Positions 26,887-38,798 of a stretch of DNA of 64,000 nt are shown in pieces; the stretch's first letter is position 1, and every line of letters starts with the position of its first letter. The notes under the pieces were generated by a model that saw only the letters and a list, made by a program, of their open reading frames with translations, was not told where the DNA came from and did not search any database. The translations under genes and the position numbers were made by a program. Source of the stretch: Kudoa neothunni. Its lineage: Eukaryota > Animalia > Cnidaria. Where the stretch lies: positions 3,312,440-3,376,439 of the forward strand of contig OZ199838.1 of assembly GCA_964304625.1 (NCBI GenBank). Reading direction: 5' to 3'.

Positions 26887-27773
26887 TTATACACGTCCAT
26901 GTTGTGTTGGAGGCTCACAAGCTGTGAGGAGGTAATCGGGAGGAGCTTCATTATTAGGGACATCGTCTCCTTGATATTTTGGAGGGGCAGGACTTATTGT
27001 TCCCTAGAAAACAGAATTCAACATAAAATCACCAGAGCTAAACAATCAATAAATTTACTTTATTTGTAATGTTGTTGTCAAGTTCGGGAAGGTCTTTGAA
27101 CAATCTGAAATGGATTAAAATGATATTGATCTAGAAATAAAATTAACTGAGTTTACCAATGATTCATACTCACTTTTAATAGTATAAGAACGAAGAAGAT
27201 AATACAAAAAATGTATTGATATGAATAGACTTGGGAGAAAGGAGTGGTAGTTCTCTTGAGTTTTAATGCATTAACAAATTCGAAACAAACTCCTAAACAT
27301 ACTGGTAGGCACATGAAATTGAAAGAATTGCCAAACATCATGTAATATGTGATTACACATAAAACAAATACAAATAATTGTATTATTTCCTTCGCGATAA
27401 GTCTTTGATAGCAATTCCTTGTTTTATACTTAAATAGTCTTGGTCATTAAAATTCTTGATTAGCACAAACTAAAAAATACCATCAAGAAGCGGAGAGAAA
27501 TCAGATGACAAACAATTTCCACCATGCATAAAATGGGTAACAAGAAAACAGAAACTAACGAAAAACATATTTAACTTTCTATCCCAAAAATAAATACAAT
27601 CATGATTCTTCCAAAACAGGAGGCAAATTCTGTCAGTGTGTGCTTTGTATAAACAAAATACAAATATAGCGATTCTGATAGACTATATTCAATTAGACAA
27701 TGGAGATCGATACAAAAACTCTTACTATGTCGCAAACAATCAGGAATATTATTTGATTTATAGCCGTTGTCAT
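26887..27773 (-). CDS. 4-TM LAPTM4/5-like protein with two PPxY motifs, paralogue B (200 aa, 7 exons)
   Basis: Exons 27773-27726, 27682-27598, 27554-27481, 27428-27303, 27254-27174, 27130-27059, 27003-26887. The first five exon lengths (48, 85, 74, 126, 81 nt) and phases equal those of paralogue A. Tail PAPPKY...EAPPDY. Confidence 0.82.
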
Positions 27774-28671
27774 ATTCTGTTTATCAATTTTCTAATCAGT
27801 ATATAATTTATAAACCTTCTTACTGTATTCAATCAGATATTAAATACTTTCTTGAACTTTATATACGTTCACTCTAGAGAGTCAATATTAATCAGTTTGT
27901 AGAAACCCTAGAATTAAATTACCAACCGATTAAATCCAGTTAGGGGTACTTTCGTAAGGTTTAATAATCACACTGATACAGTAAAGATCTAAATTTATTA
28001 GAACTACCGACTAAAATAGGATTTAAAGATCATTTTAGTGAGGGGCTTAAGGGGTCAGGATTAATACCCTTTCGAGTGTTGCTACTGTTTATAATTGATA
28101 TGACAGTTAAATGGAAGAAATATTGTTATGTATGCTTGTATAACTGTAAGCTGACAATAGGGTTTAACGTTAGAGAGATAAAATCATTAATGTTAGCTCA
28201 TGAACATTCCGTGTAACTGCATTTTCCCCTTGTTATTATTATTAGGATTAATTTTATAAAAACGACTTAACTTCAGTAAGAAATAAATTCAATGCTGATA
28301 AAAAATTGAAGTCAATGATATTTTAGATAGCGTTAATATAATTAAAGCTTCATATTCAGGGCGATATGGAATCATATTGTATCAAATGCCAGTGTTAAAA
28401 CGGATGATTAAAATTGACTTAACAATCTAATTCAAAGACCTTATTTCCAATTATAAAGCATTACGTTTGCACTATGTGATTGTAGTCAAATATTTTCAGC
28501 AATTCCGCATGCATTTTTTGCTGGTGATTTTTATAATCATACGTATTGATATAATAAATTAAAAAGTATTCCTCTTTACATTATAGGATACAATTTTCAT
28601 TTAAAATGTGGACTCTTAATCAGTTTTCTATAAATACATACCAAATCTAAGGAAATTAATTTTTTGGTATG

Positions 28672-29161
28672 TTTATAAGGTCAAACCCTTGACGCATCTT
28701 ATTAGGCCTTCTCCACTTACGCTTTAGGCACCGCAGCGTCATATTTAGGTGACTTACCTTTATGTGGTAGTGTGGGATTTTAACCCACTGCACATCTTCG
28801 TTTCGGAACAACCACCACCCCAACCATAGTCTAGACTTTAGACTAACCCAGAATTGTTCTGGGAATGTCGTCTGAATGAGAGCGTCGGCTCTACGGAAAT
28901 CCCCTACTGGGTTTTATTTCGTTCCTGTACCCGTCGTTTAGTTTACGCTCGCCCGAGTTCTACCCTTCCGCCAGACTCCCGACTCCCCTCCCAGTTGCAA
29001 GCATGGCCACGATAAATCGTAGAGTAGATCCCTGCGATTGCTACAGTCTTCCTACTTAATTTTGGATAAGAAGTACAAGAACGCCCCAATACTGTAAGCT
29101 TCGAACTCGCAACCTCACGATATTCGATCTCGATCTAGCACCAACATGTCATATTGTCCAG
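28672..29161 (-). mobile_element. tRNA-derived SINE related to the copy at 24148-24577
   Basis: Shares blocks AAGGT.AAACC..TGACGCA.CTTATTAG, CGCT.TAGGCAC.GCAG and ACCACCACCCC with the first SINE. Minus-strand B box GAGTTCGAAGC near 29100. TSD not resolved, so the ends are approximate. Confidence 0.7.
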
Positions 29162-29780
29162 CAAGGAGTATGGTGATTGTAATAGTATGCTTATTATAAA
29201 TTGACTTAAGCGACATTCGATGTAATAACTATATGGATAGGAATATTAAACATTTATTATGTTGGATCCTTAATTATTAGAAAATTTTAAGTAAAATATA
29301 CAAGTTTAATTCTTAAATAAAAATAATTTGTGCTTGTACAAAATAGATCTGCCTTATTTCTAAACAGTTTGATCAATGTTTGTGTATCTAATATACTTAG
29401 GAATAAGTGTAATTTGAAGTAACAATGAGTTTGTTTATTGTCCTCACAATTTTTTAAAATCTTACAACTTTTCCGATATGAAAAAATATTCATTCGAAGA
29501 TTTGTGAAACAGGAAATAATGTAAATATACTTTTCTTCATTTATAAACACCTGGAAAAGTTTTAAACTTAAATCACAATTGTCACCGGGAAAATTAGTTG
29601 GGAATTCCTTACAAAGTTCGTACAAAGTAATGTATTTATGATTTCCAAGAGGTGGGCACAAATTAGTTTCAATAATTTATGCAAATATTTATTTCGTTAT
29701 TTCAAATGGTAAAAAAATTAATGTGAAAAATAAAAAATAATTTACATTAATTTATGGAGCATTTCCCGGTATATAAAATA

Positions 29781-29782
<2 letters not shown>

Positions 29783-29810
<28 letters not shown>
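29783..29810. repeat. (TA)n microsatellite
   Basis: Uninterrupted TA run. Confidence 0.9.
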
Positions 29811-29813
<3 letters not shown>

Positions 29814-30639
29814 TTCGTGTACGTAAATTTTAATAAAATATTTTCCTTTTTAAATAAAGGTAGGATCACAGTTAAATATTTTATAATTTTTACATTTGAC
29901 AAAGTTTTCACTCTATCAAATAAAAATGAAAGGAATAGGAAGTATTTCCTATCGAATCAAATTAAAGATCTAGAACAAATATAAAAAAATCACTTCATAT
30001 ATAATATTATGATGAAAATTAGTTGGGCTTGAAATTAATTTTTGGTAACGCTTTTAACATTTACATTTAATAATTTACATAAAACTTATTTACCTGAAAT
30101 ATTTAATATTAATAAGTTTGAGCACATATATCCAAAACTAAACTACACTAAATTTGTTCATTAACGCTTAGTCAATGATTCTAAAAATAAAACTGCAACT
30201 TTTAATAAAACAAAAATAAATATTAAACTCAGAAAATCCTGGCGATTTAGTTCATTTTAAGCTATTCAATTTATTGAAACGAAATTATGGCTTGAACTTT
30301 TCGTGCCAAATGTTTATTCATGTATGCAAAAATTAAAAATCCCAGAAATACGCATCTAAAATGTATTTTAAATGTGTTGAATTATTATATAATTTAAAAG
30401 TTATTTATTTATTTGTTTGCATTAATAATTTTATACATTACTAAAAAAACTGGAGTTTATAGCGGGGTTAATTGTAATCCTTACATAACACCAATAAAGC
30501 AAAAGGAAGTGTATAATTATACATAAGAAATTGTTTTTCTTCAGCTGAAAAATGAAAGTGATGAATAATTAAAATCTAGTTCTATGTGTTAAATTGGATA
30601 AGATATAAAATCCAATCAAACAATAATGAATAGTTAACA

Positions 30640-32250
30640 CGTGGGTATTAGGCGGGGCATTAGGTATTTGTGGATCATTTATTTCCGAATTAATGAATCA
30701 CGACTTGATTTTTAAACGTTTAAAAGAAGGAATAAAGGAAACTAAAATTATAATATTTTTTATTCTGAAGAATATGTGAATGATGTTGAAACAAAAAAGT
30801 TCGAATAGAGGATTCTTCAAGTATACTCTGAAACAATCGAGATTCCAATTATTTCGACGTGGAGGTTGCAGTAATTTTCAGTGGATGAAAATTGACATCT
30901 TTAGAAATATTTCAAATCATTTGGTGACGTTATATATTACTTTTAGTGAAGTTACCGACAGATTATTATCAGATTCATTCTCAATGAAAACTTGGTCTTA
31001 TTAACTAGTGAAAAAAAAACAAATTTATATTTAATTTCTAGTTTACTAACTTAAACGGCAACAGCTGGCGGATAAGCGAACTATTTTGGAGTGCTTTATA
31101 CGAGATGTTTCTAGTTTCTATACGCGCTGAATATATATTACATACTCAACAAAATTCTAAATTTAGAGTTGGCAGGGAAGAGATAAAAAATTCTATAGGA
31201 GCATTTATTATCACGTGAATTGTTAAAATGCCTAGATAACAATGATGTTGATATGAAACTATACATCATCAAATAAGAAAATATTTCGGCATATTTTTGT
31301 TACACAGATAACTTATAAATGATCATTAATCCGAATACCTTAGAATATGATAAATTTACAAAGATTCTACCGATTTTGGACTCTGTAGGGAAAGGTGTCG
31401 TCAGAAAGTTGAGTGTGATCGAAAAAAATACTCAATTCAAAGATAGACACAAAGCGAAACAATATGCCATAAAGAGACTGAAGAAATATGGACTTAGAGT
31501 TTTCGCTAGGTGCGGAGTTAACAGTTTATTGCCTGATATTTATCTGTAACATATTTTGTATACTTCGATAACTGGTTCATATTAATCCCTCTTCAAATTT
31601 TGCGAAAAAAAGAAACATACTCGATAGGAATGATTTGAAAAAGCAGAATTAAGGGATACTCATTATTGAATGAGACCAAGATAAAAAATCATGGACAAGT
31701 AGAATTAAAGAGTGTGTACCACTCTATTGATAATAATATTTTAATCAAAATAATGTAAGAAAATTATGGGATCATATATGACTCGACTCCAAAGGCACCA
31801 AATGTATGGTAATTTTCGGAGCACTGGGAAGGTTAATACAATAGGGTGAACTCTTGACCATACTATCCGAGTAAGTAAATCGGGGAATGTATAAAGATAG
31901 AGAAACAACGAGCATATTGAAAAAACCTATTAGGTAGGTATGCGATTGATTTATCATTAAGAAAAGTAAACTTAATATTGAAGTGTTAGATAACATTATT
32001 ATTGCATGTTAATATGGAATTTCAAAATCAAATAAGCCGGGAACTTTCATTGTCCTCCCCTCTGACGATCTCCGATTCTTTAATGTCAGGCATTTTCCTG
32101 AAGTTATACCAACACAAGATATATTTTCAGTTTTACAAAAAATAACACATTCAAATGTCTCAATACAAAAAAAACTATTATTTGATTAAACAGACATTTT
32201 TTTCCACCTCAAATTGACATTGGCTAACCTGAGATATTCACCATATCTCA
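30640..32250 (+). mobile_element. Decayed piggyBac (PGBD3-like) transposase remnant
   Basis: Fragments YDKFTKILPILD..LSVIE...FKDRHKAKQY...KKYGLRVFARCGVN, YFDNWF (31561) and SDDLRFFNVRHFP (about 32060) follow PGBD motif order. Ends approximate. Confidence 0.7.
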
Positions 32251-32468
32251 TTTAAGAATAGTTTTCGTCTTTTTATTGAAAAATTTTATTCCACAACAAG
32301 GTCTCGATATTTAGTGACTAACTTGTTGGGAACGAGAAGAAACTATTTAGAGTAAAAACATTTCGTGATATCTATCATACGCATGCGCTATCGTATCATT
32401 GATTTATCTTAGAAATTATTCTAATAAGGGTACCAAGGCCCCTTTTTAATTATTCCTATATTAGTTTA

Positions 32469-32585
32469 TGTAACGTATGACACGCGTCAACCGGATTTAG
32501 ATTAGTGATATCTAGGTAGATTACTTTTCGAGTATATTTTATCATGGCTTCTCCTATCGACAGCGCAACTAACTCCACCGTTACA
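32469..32585 (+). repeat. 5' LTR (117 bp)
   Basis: Identical to 36263-36379; contains the polyprotein ATG at 32544. Confidence 0.97.
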
Positions 32586-35500
32586 TCTGGTGACAGGGGT
32601 GTTGACTCTGTTAAGCCACCGCCACTCAAGAAATTTACCGGCGCCGCCGATAACTTCGCCAAGTTCCACCGCTCTTTTATGCTCCTTGCACTAGCTAGCA
32701 ACTGGAATGACCTGGACAAAGCTAGGAATTTTCCCTTGTACCTCGGAGATACCATCCTCGATTTGATCGAGACCAACGGTATAAATATGTACCGACCAAC
32801 GAGGGATACATTCAACCTTATGGTGGAGCTGTTAAATAATACATATCGCCCTATCACTTCTTCCGCATTGTCCCTTCAATCGTTCTACAGTTCGACGTGG
32901 GACAATGTCACCCCCTTTGCTGAATTCTGCTTCGGAGTGAACAATTTGCTTCGCAAGGCCCTACCCTCTATCGACGAAGACACCGCTAGAACTCTAGTTA
33001 TGGACCAATGCACGAAGTCGTTGCCTGAGTACATCAAACGTATTATCGTTGCTTCGAAACCCCAAGCACTTCCTGAGCTGATCCAATCGGTTGAGGAACA
33101 GCTAAATATTCCAAATCACACTGCAGCAGCCTCGTACGGCGAGAGGAAATCCAAATACAAGAAACGATCTTGCAAAAAATGTGGCTCAAATAATCACTCA
33201 ACCAAAGAGTGCAAAGGTTTTGCAATATGTAAAACCTGCCACAAGAGGGGACACCTCTCATATATATGCAATAGCAAACATACAAATAACATTAACTGTA
33301 TCAATTTTAATGAATCTGTTTCGGATGAGGCCAATTATTCGTGTTTTGTTTCTTCAGCGCAGTTTGACTTGTCTAAAAATTTTACAATACCAATTGAAAT
33401 CGGAACTAGAGTTGCAACTGCTCTGATTGACACTGGATCTTCCATATCAATTATAAGACACGGCTTCGATGTGGAAATGCACCCTGACAAAATTAGTCTT
33501 ACATCCGCAGGCGGGAAGCAAATGGAAACCATTGGTACTAGCATCGTCGAATTCTCTCTAAATGGAAAGGTCTTCAAATGGAGAATGGTTGTATGTCATA
33601 ATCTGGTAACAGATTGCATCCTTGGTCGCGATTTTTTGTCTGCACATGCTGCCCTCATCACCTGCCAGAATGGTTCCATAACACTCCCTGCAGTACGTGG
33701 GAATACATGTTCAATCGCCCCGAAACAGGATCACGCAAAAGTTCCTCCATACTGTTTCAAATTCGCCGATAACCCCTTTCACATCTCCACCAGGAAAATC
33801 CCTTTCGCCCTCTCCCCAATTTTTAAGGAGCAGATAGATAATATGCTCAACGATGGTGTAATACGTAAAAGTAACAGTCCGTATTCATCCCCAGTGCTCC
33901 TCGTCAAGAAGCGCAACAATGAATATAGATTCTGTGTAGACTATCGGAAACTCAACTCTCAGATAGTTTCGGAACAATTCCCCATACCATTACTCCATGA
34001 CATTATCTCCACCCTCTCTTCTGCCACCTACTTTTCAAAAATCGACCTCAAATCCGGATTCTGGCAGATACCACTCCACGAGAATTGTAAATATGCGACC
34101 GCTTTCTCCACTCCCTTTGGCCACTACGAATTTAATGTGTTGCCATTTGGTTTGGTAACAGCCCCATCTGCATTCCAAAGAGCCATGACCGAAACTTTGA
34201 ATGACTACATTGGGAAATTCTGTCACGTTTACCTTGACGATATCCTAATCTATTCCTCCTCTTCTAACGAGCACGATGAACATCTCAAATTAATCATGAA
34301 GCGTCTCACAGAATTCAACTGGAAACCCAACACAAAAAAATGCATTTATAAGGTAACGTCAATCAAATATCTCGGCTTCGTAATCTCAAAAGATGGAATC
34401 ACACCTGATCCTGATAGAATCAAATCAGTAGCTGACATACCCATTCCCAATACACCCAAACGCCTCCAATCATTCATTGGCTTCGCAAACTATTACCGCG
34501 ACCTAATTCCAAACTTTGCTAGCATAGCACAGCCCCTCTACAATGCCATTTCTACAAAACCCTTTGAATTATCCACCGAAGCTATTAATCGAATAAGTAA
34601 CATCAAACATTTGTTAACATCCTCGCCACTACTCAGTCTTCCTAACCTGAATAAAAATTTCACAATTTCCACCGACGCTTCAGACACAGCCATCGCATCA
34701 GTACTCTATCAGGAAGTGAATGGCAAGAAACATGTCATACGTTATGCCAGCCGTATCCTCAATAAATCCGAAATTAATTATTCCACCTTCGAAAAAGAAG
34801 CACTAGCGCTAGTACATGCACTCAAAACATTTCACCAATATGTCTACGGCAAAAGAACCAAAGTATGGACGGATCACAACCCCCTAACTCACCTGAAAAC
34901 CATCAAAGACTCTCACGGTAGAATATCCCGTTGGCTGCTATTTCTCCAGAACTACGACCTAGAAATAGTCTACAAACGTGGCCCTGATAATGTAGACGCC
35001 GACTTTTTATCGAGAACACCGTGCGAATCAAATGCTATATCAGTCCATTTCCTATCCCTACCAGTAGACAAGTGGATATCGGCCCAAAAAGAGGACATAA
35101 CTATATCGAGCATCGCAAAATCCATTGAACAAAATAAATACAAAGGTAAGAGAGTTTACCGATTCAAAGATGGCCTCTTGGTGAGGACTCTGAAAGCCGA
35201 AAATAGAGAAATCAATCAACTTTTCATCCCACTTCAAATGCGCGCTAAAATCTTGGACAGATTTCATGATCAATCTGGCCATCCCGGGTTCTTCAAAACA
35301 TTTTCGATGCTACGAGACAACGCATTTTGGCCCGGCTACGAAATCGAAACCCGAAATTATGTGCGTTCTTGTAAAACTTGCCAATTGAATCCATGGTCTT
35401 CCGAAAAATCCAACTTAATCCCACTAAAAGCTACCTTCCCTTTTCAATTAATGGAATGGGATATCATTGGACCTTTCAATCGCACCGATAATCTTAATAG

Positions 35501-36299
35501 ATATATACTCTGCTGTGTGGATCTTTTCACCAAATTCGCCATAGCCATTCCACTAGCTGATTTAAGAGCAGAGACAATTTGTGACAAACTCATCCAGGAA
35601 ATATTATGCAAATTCGGTAAGCCTAGACGTATACACAGCGACAATGGTAGGAACTTCGTTTCAAATATTATCGTACAAATCTGCCGTGATCTCAACATCG
35701 AGCTATCCCATACTACACCATACCATCCTCAGGGCAATGGCGCCGTGGAGCGTTTCAACCGAACTCTTAAGCATATGCTACTGAAGCTCGACGAACCCAA
35801 TTTATGGGACATCCATCTCCAAATGTTAGTGAACCATTATAATAATCATACCAATGAATCAACTGGTTTTTCTCCCTTTCAACTTATCTACGGTAAAAAA
35901 CCCAACTTTGTTCTCACACCCATTCTGCCCAATGATAACATGAACAATTCTCCTACCACTCTGTCATACCTAAAAAATCTCAAACGTGAACTTTCACGCA
36001 CACATGCAATTGCACTCAAAAGCCTAACCAATTCATCATCCAAAAACTCAAGAAACTACAACAATGCAAGTCCTCCTAAACCCATCCAAGTCCAATCTAG
36101 TGTTGTTTACAAAAACCCAGCTACCAATAAGTGGTCAGGACCTTACGTAGTCCTTAAAAGACATGGACCCTCCACTTATACAATTAGTATTGACAATCTC
36201 CCAACTACTGTCCACAGAAACAACATCAAATCATATATGTCCCGATCTTCCCAAGGGGGGAATGTAACGTATGACACGCGTCAACCGGATTTAGATTAG
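32544..36299 (+). CDS. Gag-Pol polyprotein, single ORF, 1251 aa (Gag, 2x CCHC, PR, RT, RNase H, IN)
   Basis: CKKCGSNNHSTKEC and CKTCHKRGHLSYIC knuckles; ALIDTGS protease; YLDD RT; TDAS RNase H; HHCC, D-D-E (WDII, HSDNG, AVER) and GPY integrase. RT-RH-IN order is Ty3/gypsy. Confidence 0.98.
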   Translation: MASPIDSATNSTVTSGDRGVDSVKPPPLKKFTGAADNFAKFHRSFMLLALASNWNDLDKARNFPLYLGDTILDLIETNGINMYRPTRDTFNLMVELLNNTYRPITSSALSLQSFYSSTWDNVTPFAEFCFGVNNLLRKALPSIDEDTARTLVMDQCTKSLPEYIKRIIVASKPQALPELIQSVEEQLNIPNHTAAASYGERKSKYKKRSCKKCGSNNHSTKECKGFAICKTCHKRGHLSYICNSKHTNNINCINFNESVSDEANYSCFVSSAQFDLSKNFTIPIEIGTRVATALIDTGSSISIIRHGFDVEMHPDKISLTSAGGKQMETIGTSIVEFSLNGKVFKWRMVVCHNLVTDCILGRDFLSAHAALITCQNGSITLPAVRGNTCSIAPKQDHAKVPPYCFKFADNPFHISTRKIPFALSPIFKEQIDNMLNDGVIRKSNSPYSSPVLLVKKRNNEYRFCVDYRKLNSQIVSEQFPIPLLHDIISTLSSATYFSKIDLKSGFWQIPLHENCKYATAFSTPFGHYEFNVLPFGLVTAPSAFQRAMTETLNDYIGKFCHVYLDDILIYSSSSNEHDEHLKLIMKRLTEFNWKPNTKKCIYKVTSIKYLGFVISKDGITPDPDRIKSVADIPIPNTPKRLQSFIGFANYYRDLIPNFASIAQPLYNAISTKPFELSTEAINRISNIKHLLTSSPLLSLPNLNKNFTISTDASDTAIASVLYQEVNGKKHVIRYASRILNKSEINYSTFEKEALALVHALKTFHQYVYGKRTKVWTDHNPLTHLKTIKDSHGRISRWLLFLQNYDLEIVYKRGPDNVDADFLSRTPCESNAISVHFLSLPVDKWISAQKEDITISSIAKSIEQNKYKGKRVYRFKDGLLVRTLKAENREINQLFIPLQMRAKILDRFHDQSGHPGFFKTFSMLRDNAFWPGYEIETRNYVRSCKTCQLNPWSSEKSNLIPLKATFPFQLMEWDIIGPFNRTDNLNRYILCCVDLFTKFAIAIPLADLRAETICDKLIQEILCKFGKPRRIHSDNGRNFVSNIIVQICRDLNIELSHTTPYHPQGNGAVERFNRTLKHMLLKLDEPNLWDIHLQMLVNHYNNHTNESTGFSPFQLIYGKKPNFVLTPILPNDNMNNSPTTLSYLKNLKRELSRTHAIALKSLTNSSSKNSRNYNNASPPKPIQVQSSVVYKNPATNKWSGPYVVLKRHGPSTYTISIDNLPTTVHRNNIKSYMSRSSQGGNVTYDTRQPDLD

Positions 36300-36379
36300 T
36301 GATATCTAGGTAGATTACTTTTCGAGTATATTTTATCATGGCTTCTCCTATCGACAGCGCAACTAACTCCACCGTTACA
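36263..36379 (+). repeat. 3' LTR (117 bp)
   Basis: Identical to the 5' LTR; contains the polyprotein stop at 36297-36299. Confidence 0.97.
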
Positions 36380-38798
36380 GTTTATTACAGAATAAATATA
36401 ATGCAATTTCATATTTGTTGTCTTAGAAACACACATTAATGATTTTATTAATGGCATTATTATTTTATTCGGAAGTTTAGAATGTTTCGTCAATCATTCG
36501 AAATTAACCATCAACGTCAAATTATAAAATCTCAGTTAGGTTTTATTGAAAATTTCCACAATTTTTTTTTATTTGAAATCTCATTTTCTTTCGTTATAAT
36601 TAAGTTCTCGGTTTGATCATCTAATTATACGATTAATACAGAAAACCGCCCCAAGATTATCCTTAATTTTAAATTCCACTTTATTTTCAAAAGATTAATA
36701 TTTCAAAACTATTTTACGCAAAATGTAATCCCATAATTAATTTTTGTAAGACAAAAATTTATGAATATTTAATAAGTTTTCTAATATGTGAAATATATTA
36801 TTTTTATGCCAAATTAATTAATTTATTTATTTATTAATTACGACTGGATTTGCTTGTTGTTTGAAAGTATATGATCGTAAATATCATTTAACTAATATTT
36901 ATTTTGGACATCGCCTTTATTTTATAAAACCGCTAGGAAGTCTACTCCATGACCTTACGTAATTCGATGATAAATGTGTTAAACAAAGCTAATAACGTTT
37001 TTGAACAAAATGATCTATATTAAAATGTTTTAGCTAACCTGGGGGCGTAAGGAACATTTATTTTTAAGGATGATAATCTTTTTAACGTGATTTAAAAAAT
37101 TAAGTTACAAATCCTTTAAAATTTGAAAAAATTTTACGAGGATGTATTCCATTAGCTTGCGAAGGATATTCTGTGGAAAATCATTTACTTACTTAAAACA
37201 TCTTGAATTTTTGATGTACTCTATGATAAGAAAATGAATTTTACCCTCTCATGGAACCAATCTTAATCATAGAATGGTTACACCATTATTATAATACACT
37301 CATGAATTTAAAATTCGATTCGTTCTGATTTTTCTAAAAAGCATTTCACCCATTTTTATTTAACACAACTTTTGTATATTATCGTGTTACGTATGGGAAT
37401 TATACCTGAGAAGTCAAATGGCAACTTGTAGAACTCCCAAATATTTTAATGCACACTTATAGATGTAATTTAATATTCCTACCCTAAAATAAAATCTTTA
37501 AATTCGAAGATATAACTCAATTCCACAGGAATCTTCGATGAATATGTGCATAGCGTATAATTTTGAAACATTAACAATTTAGAAAGCCGGATATATTTTC
37601 ACTTTTTCTCTCAACGCGGCCAGCCTGTTAAGAATTTGTTTTTAGTGGTTTATATTGCATCAATTTAATGTCATTTGAATCATATACATTTTAATTATTT
37701 TCGTAAAAATTCGATACAAAATTGAGGGATTATCCTTAACTTATTGGAACTGTAATATGCATCCTACAATTAGCAGGTTAAAATGTGTCTCATTCATAGG
37801 TCTGTTATATTATAATTCTTGATTCATTTAAAAAAAAATACTTTGTCATTTTTCCCATAACTTAGTTAAACTAAACACTTAAAAAGTTTAATTCAAAGAT
37901 AATGAGTTTAAAATACAGAAAATGGTTAGGTAATGATGAGAGGAAGTAATTCTTCATTTTTTAATACTTAATTAATTCAAATAAATAATATAGATTTAAA
38001 TTGATAATTACTAACGAATAATATTCTTTAAAGAATACTTTTAATAATATATGGAAGATAAACTTTAAATTATGCGATGTAAACACCTTACTGCCTTTAT
38101 ATCATGTAATCTTTTCAAAATTAAATAATTTGATTAAAAATGGGTGATCAAATATTTTTCTAACAAGTTTTGAAAATATTAACTATAAAATTATATATAT
38201 ATATACATACATTATTAATACGATAAATAACACGCCAATTTTTAAACGATTTAATGGGGACGTAATGTTCCATAATGCAGCTTACAAATACTTTTTGCGT
38301 ATTTTACAATAATCATTTATTGCATATAATATTGAAATCTTTGATTAAAGACTTTTTTCTCAACTAATTTTACTACTTACTTACAGCGTGAACTAATATA
38401 TACATCAAATAAATTTAAATAAATTGTACGATAAACAAATTTTTTAACTAAAATTTCTAATTTTTACCCTCTATATTTTCTCAAAAAAATATAATTAATC
38501 AAGAGAAATAAAATATAATCACGACAACCTACCAAATAGCATATTTAAGGCTAATACTAAAATCAGTAACTATTTAACCTCCTCGAATAATAATGATAAT
38601 AACGATAATAAAAAAAATGAATATTTATATTGATATATAATTATTGAATATGGGGGAATAGTTGTTATATCATAGTATCTCTAATCACACATTTAAAAGT
38701 ATTTCCATGTTGAATAGCACGCACCAACTCAAAGCTTCAAATCAAATAGATTGTGCATAATCCACTTTATATTTTTTATCCAAATTACTGAAAATCAC

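Larger units (their letters stand above)
32469..36379 (+). mobile_element. Intact Ty3/gypsy LTR retrotransposon, 3911 bp
   Basis: Identical 117-bp LTRs with TGTAACG...CGTTACA termini; 5-bp TSD GTTTA (32464-32468, 36380-36384); PBS TGGTGACAGGGGTG at 32588 (tRNA-Leu-like by pattern); PPT AAGGGGGGAA at 36253-36262. Confidence 0.98.

Noticed and set aside
21900-28250. First read the two similar regions flanking the hAT as decayed LINE or Penelope copies
   Set aside because: Both splice into open 7-exon membrane-protein genes with conserved intron positions, so they are host paralogues.
29287-29661. 124-aa Cys-containing minus-strand ORF
   Set aside because: Starts at TTG just after a stop with no nearby splice acceptor; AT-rich and no recognisable motif.
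33043-35784. Short antisense and alternate-frame ORFs inside the gypsy polyprotein
   Set aside because: Expected shadows of a long coding sequence; no motifs.
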